Shown: positions 1 to 7,833 of the stretch, piece by piece
Layout of the letters: the number at the start of each line of letters is the position of its first letter
Numbering within the stretch: position 1 is the first letter of the stretch
NCBI GenBank assembly: GCA_964511835.1
Contig: CAZEII010000004.1
Span: forward strand, 64,339-128,338
Length of the DNA stretch: 64,000 nucleotides
Reading direction: 5' to 3'
Source of the DNA: an uncultured Acidobacteriota bacterium
GTDB taxonomy: Bacteria > Acidobacteriota > Polarisedimenticolia > Polarisedimenticolales > DASRJG01
The notes under the pieces: model-generated
Databases searched by the model: none
What the model was told of the DNA's origin: nothing
Seen by the model: the letters and a program-made list of their open reading frames with translations, nothing else
Translations under genes and position numbers: made by a program

Positions 1-897
1 GTCCTGAAAGGCGTTGACGGCCGAGTAGACGCTGTAGGCCAACCCTCGCTCCTCGCGAATCGTCTGGAACAGCCGCGAGGACATCGTGCCGCCGAGGAGC
101 GCGTTCAGCACGACCACCGCGTACCGCTGCGCGTGCTTCTCGGGAAACGCGGGCACCCCCACGAGCAGGTGAAGCTGCTCCAGCTCTTTCTTCGACCGCG
201 TGACGATCCCGCCCCGCGTCTTGGGACGGGCGCCTTGGACCCTTCGCGCCGCGGTGCGCGGCATCGTGCCGAACGTCGGGGAGACGAGACGTTTGAGCTC
301 GTCATGATCCACGTTGCCGGCCGCGACGATCAGGATGTTGCCGGGGACGTAGTTTTCCCGGAAATAGGCCAGGAGCCGCTGCCGGCTCAGCCCGCGGATC
401 GTCCCTTCCGTTCCCTGGATCGGGCGCCCCAGCGCATGGCCCGGATAGAAGTGGGTCGAGAACATGTCGTAGGCCAGCTCCTCCGGAGCGTCCTCGACCA
501 TCCGGATCTCTTCCACGATGACCTTGCGCTCCCTCTCGAGCTCGGTCGCGTCGAACAGCGGGCGCAGCACGATGTCGGAGAGCAGGTCGACCGCATCTGC
601 GACGTGGCTGTCCAGCACCTTGGCGTAGAAGCAGGTGTATTCCTTCGAGGTGAAGGCGTCCATCTGCCCGCCGATCGAATCGACGGCGAGCGCGATCTCC
701 CGGGCCGAGCGATTCTCCGTCCCCTTGAAGACCAGGTGCTCGATGAAGTGCGAGGCGCCGTTGAGCGGCGGCGGCTCGTGACGGCTCCCGCGTCGCAGCC
801 AGACGCCCAAGGTCACCGACCGGACGTGGGGCATGCGCTCGGTCAAGAGCGTGATGCCGTTCGGGAGGATTTCCTTGCGGATCGTCCCACGGGTCAT
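1..897 (-). CDS. M16 (pitrilysin/insulinase) family zinc peptidase, N-terminal ~299 aa; 3' end lies beyond window start
   Basis: Hand translation of the minus strand from ATG at 897 gives MTRGTIRKEILPNGITLLTERMPHVRSVTLGVWLRRGSRHE...GASHFIEHLVFKGTENRSAREI. It has the inverted zinc motif HxxEH (HFIEH) followed by ERERKVIVEEI. The frame is open to position 1, so it is absent from the ORF track. Confidence 0.85.
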   Translation of the reverse strand, partial: MTRGTIRKEILPNGITLLTERMPHVRSVTLGVWLRRGSRHEPPPLNGASHFIEHLVFKGTENRSAREIALAVDSIGGQMDAFTSKEYTCFYAKVLDSHVADAVDLLSDIVLRPLFDATELERERKVIVEEIRMVEDAPEELAYDMFSTHFYPGHALGRPIQGTEGTIRGLSRQRLLAYFRENYVPGNILIVAAGNVDHDELKRLVSPTFGTMPRTAARRVQGARPKTRGGIVTRSKKELEQLHLLVGVPAFPEKHAQRYAVVVLNALLGGTMSSRLFQTIREERGLAYSVYSAVNAFQD

Positions 898-937
898 CGG
901 CCCGCAGTATATCAGGGCGCTTTTTCGCCCTCCGGCG

Positions 938-1678
938 CTACTTCTTGGGCGGGAAGGTCGGGTTCGCGGTCCCCGGCGTTCCGCCGGGCGTCGTCGGTGT
1001 CGGGTTGGGCTTGAACGCGCCCCGCTGATCGAGATCGAAAATCGTGAAGACCCACTCGCTGTACTCGGTCTTGTCGCGCCACCGGCGGAACGGCTTGTCG
1101 GTGCACTTCGACTTCACGCCGGCGATCGGGAGGCCCGTCGGATCGGTCGGCGCGCCGCCCTTGCCGGTGATGTCGGTCGTCGCGCCGATGCCGGTTGCGG
1201 GCGGTGCGCTCGACGGCGGGAAGCCCGAGGGCTGGCCGATCCCTCCGGGCTGGCCGGGGGCTCCCGGAGGCGGATTCAGGCCGCCGAGACCGCCCGGGGC
1301 GCCCGGCTGGCCCACCGGCTGCGCCGTCGGGTCGTAGATTCCGCCGGCGGGGTTCGCGTAGATCAGCTGCCACTTGCCGTCCTTGACGAGCGGATCCTTC
1401 CAGAGATGGCGCAGGTAGTACTGGTTTCTCTTCCCCGGCTCCATCAGCTCCTTGAGCTCGAGGGGCAGCTTCCCCTGATCCACCTGGAACCGTTTGATCG
1501 CGCGCACGATGTCCTGCGCGCGGAACATCATCTCGGCCTCGGCGTCCCGGCGAACCACGTCCTTCCACGATTGAACGGCGACCGTCGACAGGATCAGCAT
1601 GATGGCGAGTCCCGCCATCAGCGCGACCATCAGAGCGCCGCGCTCCTTCGCGCTCGCCGCGCTCCGCCCGAGTCTCAC
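938..1678 (-). CDS. atypical pseudopilin-like protein with Gly/Pro-rich insert (246 aa)
   Basis: This is the 3' part of track ORF 938..2605. The GTG at 1678 overlaps the stop of the upstream gene (GTGA). The N-terminus reads KERG/ALMVALMAGLAIMLILSTVAV, a pilin-type hydrophobic helix. AQDIVRAIKRFQVDQGKLPLELKEL resembles G-type pseudopilins. There is no Glu at +5. Confidence 0.7.
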   Translation of the reverse strand: MRLGRSAASAKERGALMVALMAGLAIMLILSTVAVQSWKDVVRRDAEAEMMFRAQDIVRAIKRFQVDQGKLPLELKELMEPGKRNQYYLRHLWKDPLVKDGKWQLIYANPAGGIYDPTAQPVGQPGAPGGLGGLNPPPGAPGQPGGIGQPSGFPPSSAPPATGIGATTDITGKGGAPTDPTGLPIAGVKSKCTDKPFRRWRDKTEYSEWVFTIFDLDQRGAFKPNPTPTTPGGTPGTANPTFPPKK

Positions 1679-2439
1679 GGCGTCGTACCCGCGGGGACCG
1701 TGACGTTGACCGAGGCCGGCGAGGAGGGAAGCGCGCACTCCGGATGCCCGTTCAATCCGGCGTCGGTGACGACCAGCTTGATGACGTAGAGCCTCGGGGT
1801 GCTCAAGTAATCGTAGGTGCACGTGACCGTCGTGGTGTGCACCACCGGCTGGTTGTTCCCGCAGTCCCAGGCGTAATCGGCGATTCCGCTCTCGAGGTCG
1901 GTCGACGTCGAGCCGTCGAGGGTGGCCGCGCTGACCTGCGTGCCGAGGGTGCCGGCCGGCAGCGACTGAGCGGCCGGAGGCACGATCACCGCGGTCGGGG
2001 CCGTGTTGCTGGCGCAGACGGCGACCGTCGTGATGTTGATCTTGACGGTCTGCGTGAGAGCGCCGGACGTCGCGGTGACGGTGATCTGCGCCTCGGGGTT
2101 GTCGTTCGTCACCCGGAGCACGACGGTCGCCCTGCCGTTGTTGTCGGTCTGGGCCTGCGCGGCGTTGGCTTCCTGTCCGTTGACCAGGAACTTGGCGCTG
2201 CTCGTCGTGAACAGGACGGACAGCCCGGCGACCGGAACGCTCTGATCGCTGACCACGACCGCGGCGACGTCGGTCGTCTGCGTGGTCACCCCGGGCGGGA
2301 AGTCCACCGTCGAAGGACTGGCCACCATGCTCATCTTGTAGTCCTTCCCCGCGGTGATCGGCGTGTCCTCGCAGCCGCTCGCGAGCCCCAACATCGCGAG
2401 GAACGCGGCCACGAGCCCCACTTTCATGATCGTTCCCAT
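1675..2439 (-). CDS. lipoprotein with bacterial Ig-like (Big_1-type) and PKD-type domains (254 aa)
   Basis: Start is the internal ATG at 2439 of track ORF 1675..2820, with GAGGAG 7 nt upstream. MGTIMKVGLVAAFLAMLGLASGC carries a lipobox. LDGSTSTDLESGIADYAWDCG...YVIKLVVTDAGL is a PKD-like signature. Confidence 0.75.
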   Translation of the reverse strand: MGTIMKVGLVAAFLAMLGLASGCEDTPITAGKDYKMSMVASPSTVDFPPGVTTQTTDVAAVVVSDQSVPVAGLSVLFTTSSAKFLVNGQEANAAQAQTDNNGRATVVLRVTNDNPEAQITVTATSGALTQTVKINITTVAVCASNTAPTAVIVPPAAQSLPAGTLGTQVSAATLDGSTSTDLESGIADYAWDCGNNQPVVHTTTVTCTYDYLSTPRLYVIKLVVTDAGLNGHPECALPSSPASVNVTVPAGTTP

Positions 2440-2474
2440 CGCCCTTCTCCTCAAAGGCCGCGCTGACGCTGCGG

Positions 2475-2870
2475 TCAGAAGTCGGAATAGCTGCGGCCGT
2501 CGAGGGAGGTCCCCTCGGCTCCGCTCTTGACGCCGGCGATCCCCGGCTCGGTGGTGATGTCGGACTCGTCCAGCTCCGCCTGCTCCGTCGCCCACGTGTC
2601 GGCACTTTCGGTGAACGGGTCCTTCGGAATCGCCTGCAGATAGTGGTCGTCGACGAGGGCCTGAAGATCGGCCGGGTACTTCCCCTTGTCGGCGAAGTAC
2701 TGGTTGATCAGCGTGCGCATCGTGTAGAGGTCTTGCTGGAGGACCGCTTCCTTGGCCTTGACGATGCTCCGCCTGTAGTTCGCGACCGCGACGGCCGAGA
2801 GCAGACCGATGATCGCGCAAACGACCAGGAGCTCGATCAGCGTGAATCCCCGCTGGCCTCTCGTTGGCAT
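2475..2870 (-). CDS. type II secretion GspG-like pseudopilin (131 aa)
   Basis: MPTRGQRG/FTLIELLVVCAIIGLLSAVAV is a canonical prepilin leader with Glu+5. QQDLYTMRTLINQYFADKGKYPADLQALVDDHYLQAIPKDPF matches the T2SS-G core pattern. Start moved to the second Met of track ORF 2475..2888. Confidence 0.85.
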   Translation of the reverse strand: MPTRGQRGFTLIELLVVCAIIGLLSAVAVANYRRSIVKAKEAVLQQDLYTMRTLINQYFADKGKYPADLQALVDDHYLQAIPKDPFTESADTWATEQAELDESDITTEPGIAGVKSGAEGTSLDGRSYSDF

Positions 2871-2874
2871 CGGT

Positions 2875-3363
2875 CTACCAATCCGCATAGCGCGTCCCGT
2901 CGAGGGCGGTCGCCTTGCTCTTCGTGTGCACGTCGAAGATGTTCATCCCGTCCGAAGCCCAGGAATCCGGCCGGTCCTTGCTCGAGCGCGTCGCCCAGTC
3001 GGGCGTTCCCGTGATCGGGTCGCGCGGCAGGCGGCGGAGGTACTTCACCTTCGTGCCGACCGCATCCCCGATGTCGAACCCCTGGTAGAGCCACTCCAGC
3101 TTCTCCGGGTAGTGGTCGTCGTTGACCCCGTTCAGCTTCGAGGCCATCTGGGAGTTGTGCTCGGCCTCCCACTGGAAGCGATCGATCGCCGTGCGGATGT
3201 CGCGGAGGGCCTGGCGGTATTCGAGCTCCTTTCGCCGCTTCACCCAGGTGTTCGCGACCGGCACGGCGGCGGAGGCGAGCACGAGGATGATCGCGGAGCA
3301 GCAGACCAGCTCCACGAGGGTCAAGCCCCGCTCCCCGCGCCGGCTCCCGAGCACGCGCGTCAT
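2875..3363 (-). CDS. GspG-like pseudopilin, second copy (162 aa)
   Basis: RGERG/LTLVELVCCSAIILVLASAAV is a prepilin-type N-terminus with Glu+5. ALRDIRTAIDRFQWE...YLRRLPRDPITG is a G-type core. ATG at 3363, 4 nt after the secretin stop. Confidence 0.8.
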   Translation of the reverse strand: MTRVLGSRRGERGLTLVELVCCSAIILVLASAAVPVANTWVKRRKELEYRQALRDIRTAIDRFQWEAEHNSQMASKLNGVNDDHYPEKLEWLYQGFDIGDAVGTKVKYLRRLPRDPITGTPDWATRSSKDRPDSWASDGMNIFDVHTKSKATALDGTRYADW

Positions 3364-3367
3364 GGCG

Positions 3368-5830
3368 CTACGGCTCCACGGCCACCGGCGCCGTGAGGAA
3401 GCTCGCCGGGGTGTTGCGCGCCTGCGGATCCTTGACCGAAGCTCCCGTCCAGCCGAAGCCGCAGTCTCCCGGGTTGACCGCCTGGAATTGGAACGTCGCC
3501 AGCGTCCCCGAGCCGGACATGCCGTCTCCCCCGCCCAAGCGCGACAGGCCGACGATGATCTCCCCGCCGCCCGGAGAGTCGGTCGCCAGGAAGACGGTGT
3601 TGGTCCCGTCGCCGTTCAAGAACGGTCCCTGCACGGCGGGCGGGACGAACTCGAGCACTTGGCGGTTGTAGCGGAGGTGGAACGGGACCGAGCCGACGTT
3701 GGTCGCGTTCTCGATCCTGACCTCGACGATCACGCGGTCGCCGACGCGGTAGGTCGGCGCCGAAGGCACCAGCCGCACGGTCGCGGGGCTCGCGGGAGGC
3801 TGATTGTCCTGATTGTTTTCCCCACCGGTTGGAGGCGTCTCGGTCGTGCCGCCCTGCTCGGTGCCACCCTTCTCCTCGGGCGGAGGCGGCGGCTGCTCCG
3901 TGCCCGGGCTCGCCCCCGGGCTCGTGGCCGGCGGTGGCGACGAGCCTCCCGTGGTCGGCGGCGTGGGCACGGGCACCGGCACGGGGGCCGTCACGCGATT
4001 CTGCTCGACCACTCCGGCGGGTTGCTGCTGCTCGGCGGCCGGCTCGGGGGCCGGCGACTCCACCGGCGGCAAGTACGGCTTCGTCGGGTTCGGAGCGACG
4101 TCGAGCTTGCTGCTCCCGTCGTCGGGCTCGGCGAACGGCGAGACCCCCATCACCCCGCGCACGGGGCCGCGCAGCCGCATGTTGTCCTCGGTGCCGACCC
4201 ACAGCGTCTGCAGGTCGTCCTCTTGGATGTCCGGAATGCGGACGATGTACGGCGTCAGCGTCAGGACGATGTCGGTCTCCTCGACGTCGGTGGATCTCGT
4301 CGAGAAGACGTTGCCGACCCCCGGGATGTCCATGATGCCGGCGACGCCGCCGCGCGAGGCGGTGTCGTCGCGTTTGATCAGGCCGGCGAGCAGGTTGGTC
4401 TCGCCGTCTCTCAGGCGAATGACCGTTTGAACCTGGCGTGTGCCGATGATCGGCTGCTTGACGCCGGTCCCGAGGTCGACCGTCCCCGCGAGGTTCGACA
4501 CCTCGACTTGGACCTTGAGCGTGACCTCCTTGTTGTGATGGACGCGCGGCTCGATCTGAAGCGTGATACCGACGTTCTGGTAGGTGAAGGAGGTGATCGG
4601 GACGATGTTGCCGCCCACCGTCTGGGAGCTGTTGAAGGACGTGTTGGGGATCGGGACGCGATTCGCGATGACGATCTCCGCCTTCTCACCCTCGCTGACG
4701 CGGATCTGCGGCTGCGCGATCGACTTCGTATCGGTGTCGCTCTTCAGGAAGTTGATGACGACCGACGGGATCGGGCCCAGGAGCCAGTTCCCCTTCTGCT
4801 TGAGCGCGGAGAGATTGTTCAGCGGAAGCGATTTCGTGCCGTCGAGGAAGGACAGCGTCAGCGTCTTCGACGAGAGGTCGATCCCCAGCGTCTGGAGGGT
4901 CTTGCGGTTGATCTCCAGGAGCTGCACGTCGATGATGACCTCGCCCTTCGACTTGTCGTTCGAGTCGATCAGCTTGTCGGCGATCGCGACCTTGTCGGGA
5001 GTGTCCTTGATCGACACCGAGTTCAGAGCGTCGTTCTCCGCGACCTGGCGCGAATTCAGGAGCGTGCGGATGACGGAGACGACCTGCTTGGTCTCGGCGC
5101 TGGAGAGATAGAACGTCCTGATGACCTGGTCTTCCAGCTCCTGCCGCTTCTGCCGGTTGTCGGGGGCGATGAGGAGCGTGTGCTCGTCGATGATCTTGTA
5201 GAAGTTCTTCGTCTGGAGCATCAGCACGTCGAGCGCCCGCTCGAGCGTCACGCTGCCGATCTCGATCGTCATCGGCTTGTTGAGGTCGGTCTTCTCGTCG
5301 TAGATGAAGTTGATCTGCGAGGCCTTGCCGATGACGTCGAAGATCTGGCCGATCGGCCGGTCGCGGAACTGCACCTGGATCGGGATGTTCGACTTCGCGG
5401 ACAGCTTCGGCGGCGCGAGCGCCTGTTTTGCGGCCTTCTCCTTGAGGCGCTCCATCTCGGAGGGCTGCTCGTCGCGGCGGCGGATCATGATGAGGGCCTT
5501 GTCCAGCTCGTCGGCGGCGTGCTGATTGCCGGGGTTCAGAAGGAGCGTTTGCTGGTACTCGGCCACCGCCAGGTCCCACTGCGCGGACTTCGCGTACCGC
5601 TTCGCCTTCTCGAAGTGCTGGGCGGAGGCCTTCAGCTTGGCCCGGGCGAGGGCGATCTGGTAGCGGGTGTTCCCCGGATCGAGCGACGTGGCCTTGCTGT
5701 ACTGGAGGACCGCCTGATCGTAGTTCTCGCGGCGGGACTCCTGCTCGGCCGTGCTGAACGCCTTCTGCGCGGCGCAGCCGAACGTCCCGAGGGCCACGAT
5801 GATCGCCGCCGCTCCCGCGAATCGATTCAT
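3368..5830 (-). CDS. secretin (GspD/PilQ family) with N-terminal lipoprotein-TPR module and C-terminal Pro-rich linker plus cohesin-like domain (820 aa)
   Basis: - Start at Met15 of track ORF 3368..5872: MNRFAGAAAIIVALGTFGC, a possible lipobox.
- TPR-like repeats: YDQAVLQYSKATSLDPGN, DLAVAEYQQTLLLNPGN.
- N0/N1 secretin-N repeats: IRTFYLSSAETKQVVSVIRTLL...SVSIKDTPDKVAIADKLI.
- Secretin core: QPIIGTRQVQTVIRLRDGETNLLAGLI...GIMDIPGVGNVF...TDIVLTLTPYIV.
- PVPVPVPTPP-type linker.
- C-terminal VGDRVIVEVRIENATNVGSVPFHLRYNRQVLEFV. Confidence 0.9.
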   Translation of the reverse strand: MNRFAGAAAIIVALGTFGCAAQKAFSTAEQESRRENYDQAVLQYSKATSLDPGNTRYQIALARAKLKASAQHFEKAKRYAKSAQWDLAVAEYQQTLLLNPGNQHAADELDKALIMIRRRDEQPSEMERLKEKAAKQALAPPKLSAKSNIPIQVQFRDRPIGQIFDVIGKASQINFIYDEKTDLNKPMTIEIGSVTLERALDVLMLQTKNFYKIIDEHTLLIAPDNRQKRQELEDQVIRTFYLSSAETKQVVSVIRTLLNSRQVAENDALNSVSIKDTPDKVAIADKLIDSNDKSKGEVIIDVQLLEINRKTLQTLGIDLSSKTLTLSFLDGTKSLPLNNLSALKQKGNWLLGPIPSVVINFLKSDTDTKSIAQPQIRVSEGEKAEIVIANRVPIPNTSFNSSQTVGGNIVPITSFTYQNVGITLQIEPRVHHNKEVTLKVQVEVSNLAGTVDLGTGVKQPIIGTRQVQTVIRLRDGETNLLAGLIKRDDTASRGGVAGIMDIPGVGNVFSTRSTDVEETDIVLTLTPYIVRIPDIQEDDLQTLWVGTEDNMRLRGPVRGVMGVSPFAEPDDGSSKLDVAPNPTKPYLPPVESPAPEPAAEQQQPAGVVEQNRVTAPVPVPVPTPPTTGGSSPPPATSPGASPGTEQPPPPPEEKGGTEQGGTTETPPTGGENNQDNQPPASPATVRLVPSAPTYRVGDRVIVEVRIENATNVGSVPFHLRYNRQVLEFVPPAVQGPFLNGDGTNTVFLATDSPGGGEIIVGLSRLGGGDGMSGSGTLATFQFQAVNPGDCGFGWTGASVKDPQARNTPASFLTAPVAVEP

Positions 5831-5873
5831 CCTCGACACCGTTTGTCCCCCGTTTCGAATGCCGGCGCTCACG

Positions 5874-6509
5874 TTATTTCCCGCGCAGGAGAGGCAGCTC
5901 GCGGACCTGGCCCTTGAACTGCGGGTTGACGAAGCTGATGACGACGGATTCGTACCGGATCTCGTCGATGCGGAACTGGGTCTTGACGATCTCCCCCGCC
6001 TTCGCGACGAAGGTCTGGTCGTTCTCCTCGAACGCCGCGATCCGCCCGTTGGGCGGCCCGACGAACCCCAGGAACTTGAACGCGATCGCGGGAGGCTGCG
6101 GCGCCGGCGTCGGCGTGGGATGGAGGCGAAGCTCCGCCTGTCGCTCTTCTTCCCTTTTGGCCGCCTCGAGCGCGGCGATCCGCGCGCGCTCCTCCGCTTC
6201 CTTCTGGGCCTTCGCCGCCGCGGCGGCCGCCGCCCGCATCTGCTTCACCTGCGCCCAGGACGGCGGGCGCACCGCGTACTTGAACAGGTCGCGGCCCGCG
6301 GGGTCGTATTTGACCTCGGCCTTCTCGAGCTGCTCCATGTGGACGACCGGAGTCTTCCCGATCGGCGACGCCTTGCGCGCCTCCGCGCGCTTGGCGGCGG
6401 CGGCCTCGGGAGGGGACGGGGTCCCCCATGCGCGCCAGAGCCAGACGGCGGCGGCGATGACGAGCCCGGCGACGAGCCAGGCCTCGCGGCGCGACATCCT
6501 TCTGGCCAT
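5874..6509 (-). CDS. PilP/GspC-like membrane-anchored alignment protein (211 aa)
   Basis: N-terminal TM helix (AWLVAGLVIAAAVWLW), an Ala/Glu/Lys coiled segment, a Pro-rich spacer, and a C-terminal beta domain (IAFKFLGFVGPPNGRIAAFEENDQTFVAKAGEIVKTQFRIDEI). Located between the PilO-like gene and the secretin. Its start shares 1 nt with the upstream stop. Confidence 0.6.
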   Translation of the reverse strand: MARRMSRREAWLVAGLVIAAAVWLWRAWGTPSPPEAAAAKRAEARKASPIGKTPVVHMEQLEKAEVKYDPAGRDLFKYAVRPPSWAQVKQMRAAAAAAAKAQKEAEERARIAALEAAKREEERQAELRLHPTPTPAPQPPAIAFKFLGFVGPPNGRIAAFEENDQTFVAKAGEIVKTQFRIDEIRYESVVISFVNPQFKGQVRELPLLRGK

Positions 6510-7129
6510 CAGGCCCCCTGCTTCGGAGCGATCGGCTTCTTGCCGATGTCCTCGAGCGCCGCGTCGGGGCCGATGAAATAGGTCGCCAGCGTGATGTTCA
6601 GCTCGACGACGTCATTCGACTTCCCGGCCCCGAGCGCGACGCGCTCGATGACGAGGAAGTTGTCCGAGCTCTCCACGGCCTGGATGAACTTCCGCAGGCT
6701 CGAATAGCCTCCGGTCAGGGGCACCACGGTCGCGAAGCGCTCCAGCGCGCCTTCGTCGACCGGCTCGTTCTCGTATTGCACGCGATCGGCGGCGATGCCG
6801 AACTGCTTCGCCAGCTTGTTGGTTTCGAGCTGCACGCCGACCATTCGGCGTTGTCGCGTCGAGAGGACGTCGCCGGCGAGATGCTTCATGTCGTCGCGCG
6901 CCTTGACGAGCGACGTCGCGTAGGTCTCCCGCGCCACGACCTCCTTCTCGCGCGCGCGGACGACCTGGATCTGCGGGCTCGACTCGTCGGTGAGCTGCTT
7001 GTAGCGGGCCACCTTGGGCCGCACGTAGACCACCGAGACGACCACGTTCGCGATCAGGAGCGCCCCCAGGACGAGCAGGATCTTCCCCGTGGCCTCTCGG
7101 ATGTCGAACCGGGCGGCGCGCGCGTTCAT
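6509..7129 (-). CDS. pilO: PilO/GspM-like inner-membrane pilus or secretion assembly protein (206 aa)
   Basis: Start is the internal ATG at 7129 (ATGA overlap with the pilN-like stop at 7126). MNARAARFDIREATGKILLVLGALLIANVVV is a single TM helix, followed by a coiled region and a C-terminal ferredoxin-like part (VVPLTGGYSSLRKFIQAVESSDNFLVIERVAL). Confidence 0.7.
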   Translation of the reverse strand: MNARAARFDIREATGKILLVLGALLIANVVVSVVYVRPKVARYKQLTDESSPQIQVVRAREKEVVARETYATSLVKARDDMKHLAGDVLSTRQRRMVGVQLETNKLAKQFGIAADRVQYENEPVDEGALERFATVVPLTGGYSSLRKFIQAVESSDNFLVIERVALGAGKSNDVVELNITLATYFIGPDAALEDIGKKPIAPKQGA

Positions 7130-7833
7130 CGCAGTCCCTCGAGGGCGGACGGCGGCGCCTCGCCCCCTTCTTCCTCGGCCTTCTTCGCGGCGTCGAGAAT
7201 GTGGGGGATGTCCGGATGCTCCCGGGACAGACGGCCGTCGGGGTCGTAGAGGAACCGGAGCTGGAACGTCACCTCGGCGGCGCCGCTCTGAGTCTCGCTT
7301 CGGACCGGCTCGACGTCGGCGAAGTGGGGATCGACGATCAGCGCGCGCTCGAACTCGAGGAACGACTCGAAGCTTTGCGCCACACCTTCCACGACGACCG
7401 GAACGGTGCCGGCGAACACGCCCGTGCGCGCTCCGCCCCCTTCTTTCGCGCCGTAGACCGGTCGGACGGCGGTCATGCGCACCTCGTAGGGGACGACCTT
7501 CTCGAGCGTGTTGAAGAGCCGGGTCCAGGAGAGGCCCCGGCGCAGGATGATGTCGTTCGCCTTGTCCGCCTGGAACTGCATCGTCTTGAGGTCGAACGCG
7601 CGCGCCGAGGTGAGCGCGGCCTCCTCGCGCTTGTCGAGGTCCGCCTGCTGCCTCTCGACGGAGCCGAGATCGGCCTGAAGCGCCTGGAGCTTCCGGGAGG
7701 CCTCGGCGGCGGAGCGGATGTTCCAAGCGGTGAACAGAACGACCGCGGCGAACAGGACGCCGTGGACCGTCCAGATCGGCGTGTTGTTGTGGAACGGCCG
7801 CGAGGCGAGGTTGAGCTCGAGGGAGCGCATCAC
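7126..7833 (-). CDS. pilN: PilN-like fimbrial assembly protein (about 235 aa)
   Basis: LELNLASRPFHN followed by TM helix VHGVLFAAVVLFTAWNI and coiled coil LQALQADLGSVERQQADL is typical of PilN. The GTG at 7833 or the ATG at 7830 overlaps the pilM-like stop. Confidence 0.75.
   Translation of the reverse strand: MMRSLELNLASRPFHNNTPIWTVHGVLFAAVVLFTAWNIRSAAEASRKLQALQADLGSVERQQADLDKREEAALTSARAFDLKTMQFQADKANDIILRRGLSWTRLFNTLEKVVPYEVRMTAVRPVYGAKEGGGARTGVFAGTVPVVVEGVAQSFESFLEFERALIVDPHFADVEPVRSETQSGAAEVTFQLRFLYDPDGRLSREHPDIPHILDAAKKAEEEGGEAPPSALEGLR

Noticed and set aside
938-2605. Long track ORFs that fuse two or more real genes' frames or extend far upstream. Examples are 938..2605, 6509..7858, 7830..9179, 16522..17898, 31624..33504, 34042..35910, 43266..46235 and 56009..57679.
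   Set aside because: The 5' parts run through the upstream gene in another frame and translate to Arg/Pro-rich junk. Real starts were placed at internal ATG/GTG/TTG codons that overlap the upstream stop or follow an SD and give family-typical N-termini.
3122-5917. 931-aa plus-strand ORF. The same class includes 133..1014, 8885..10525, 10546..12465, 13650..16562, 26060..28330, 44106..45611, 48082..50199, 50196..52463, 52699..54666 and 60699..62978.
   Set aside because: These are antisense shadow ORFs, typical of ~70% GC DNA. Their translations are Arg/Asp/Gly/His/Pro-rich low-complexity strings with no motifs. In each case the opposite strand encodes a protein with unmistakable family signatures (secretin, GspE, GspF, Lon, kinase, AlaS, DnaK, etc.).
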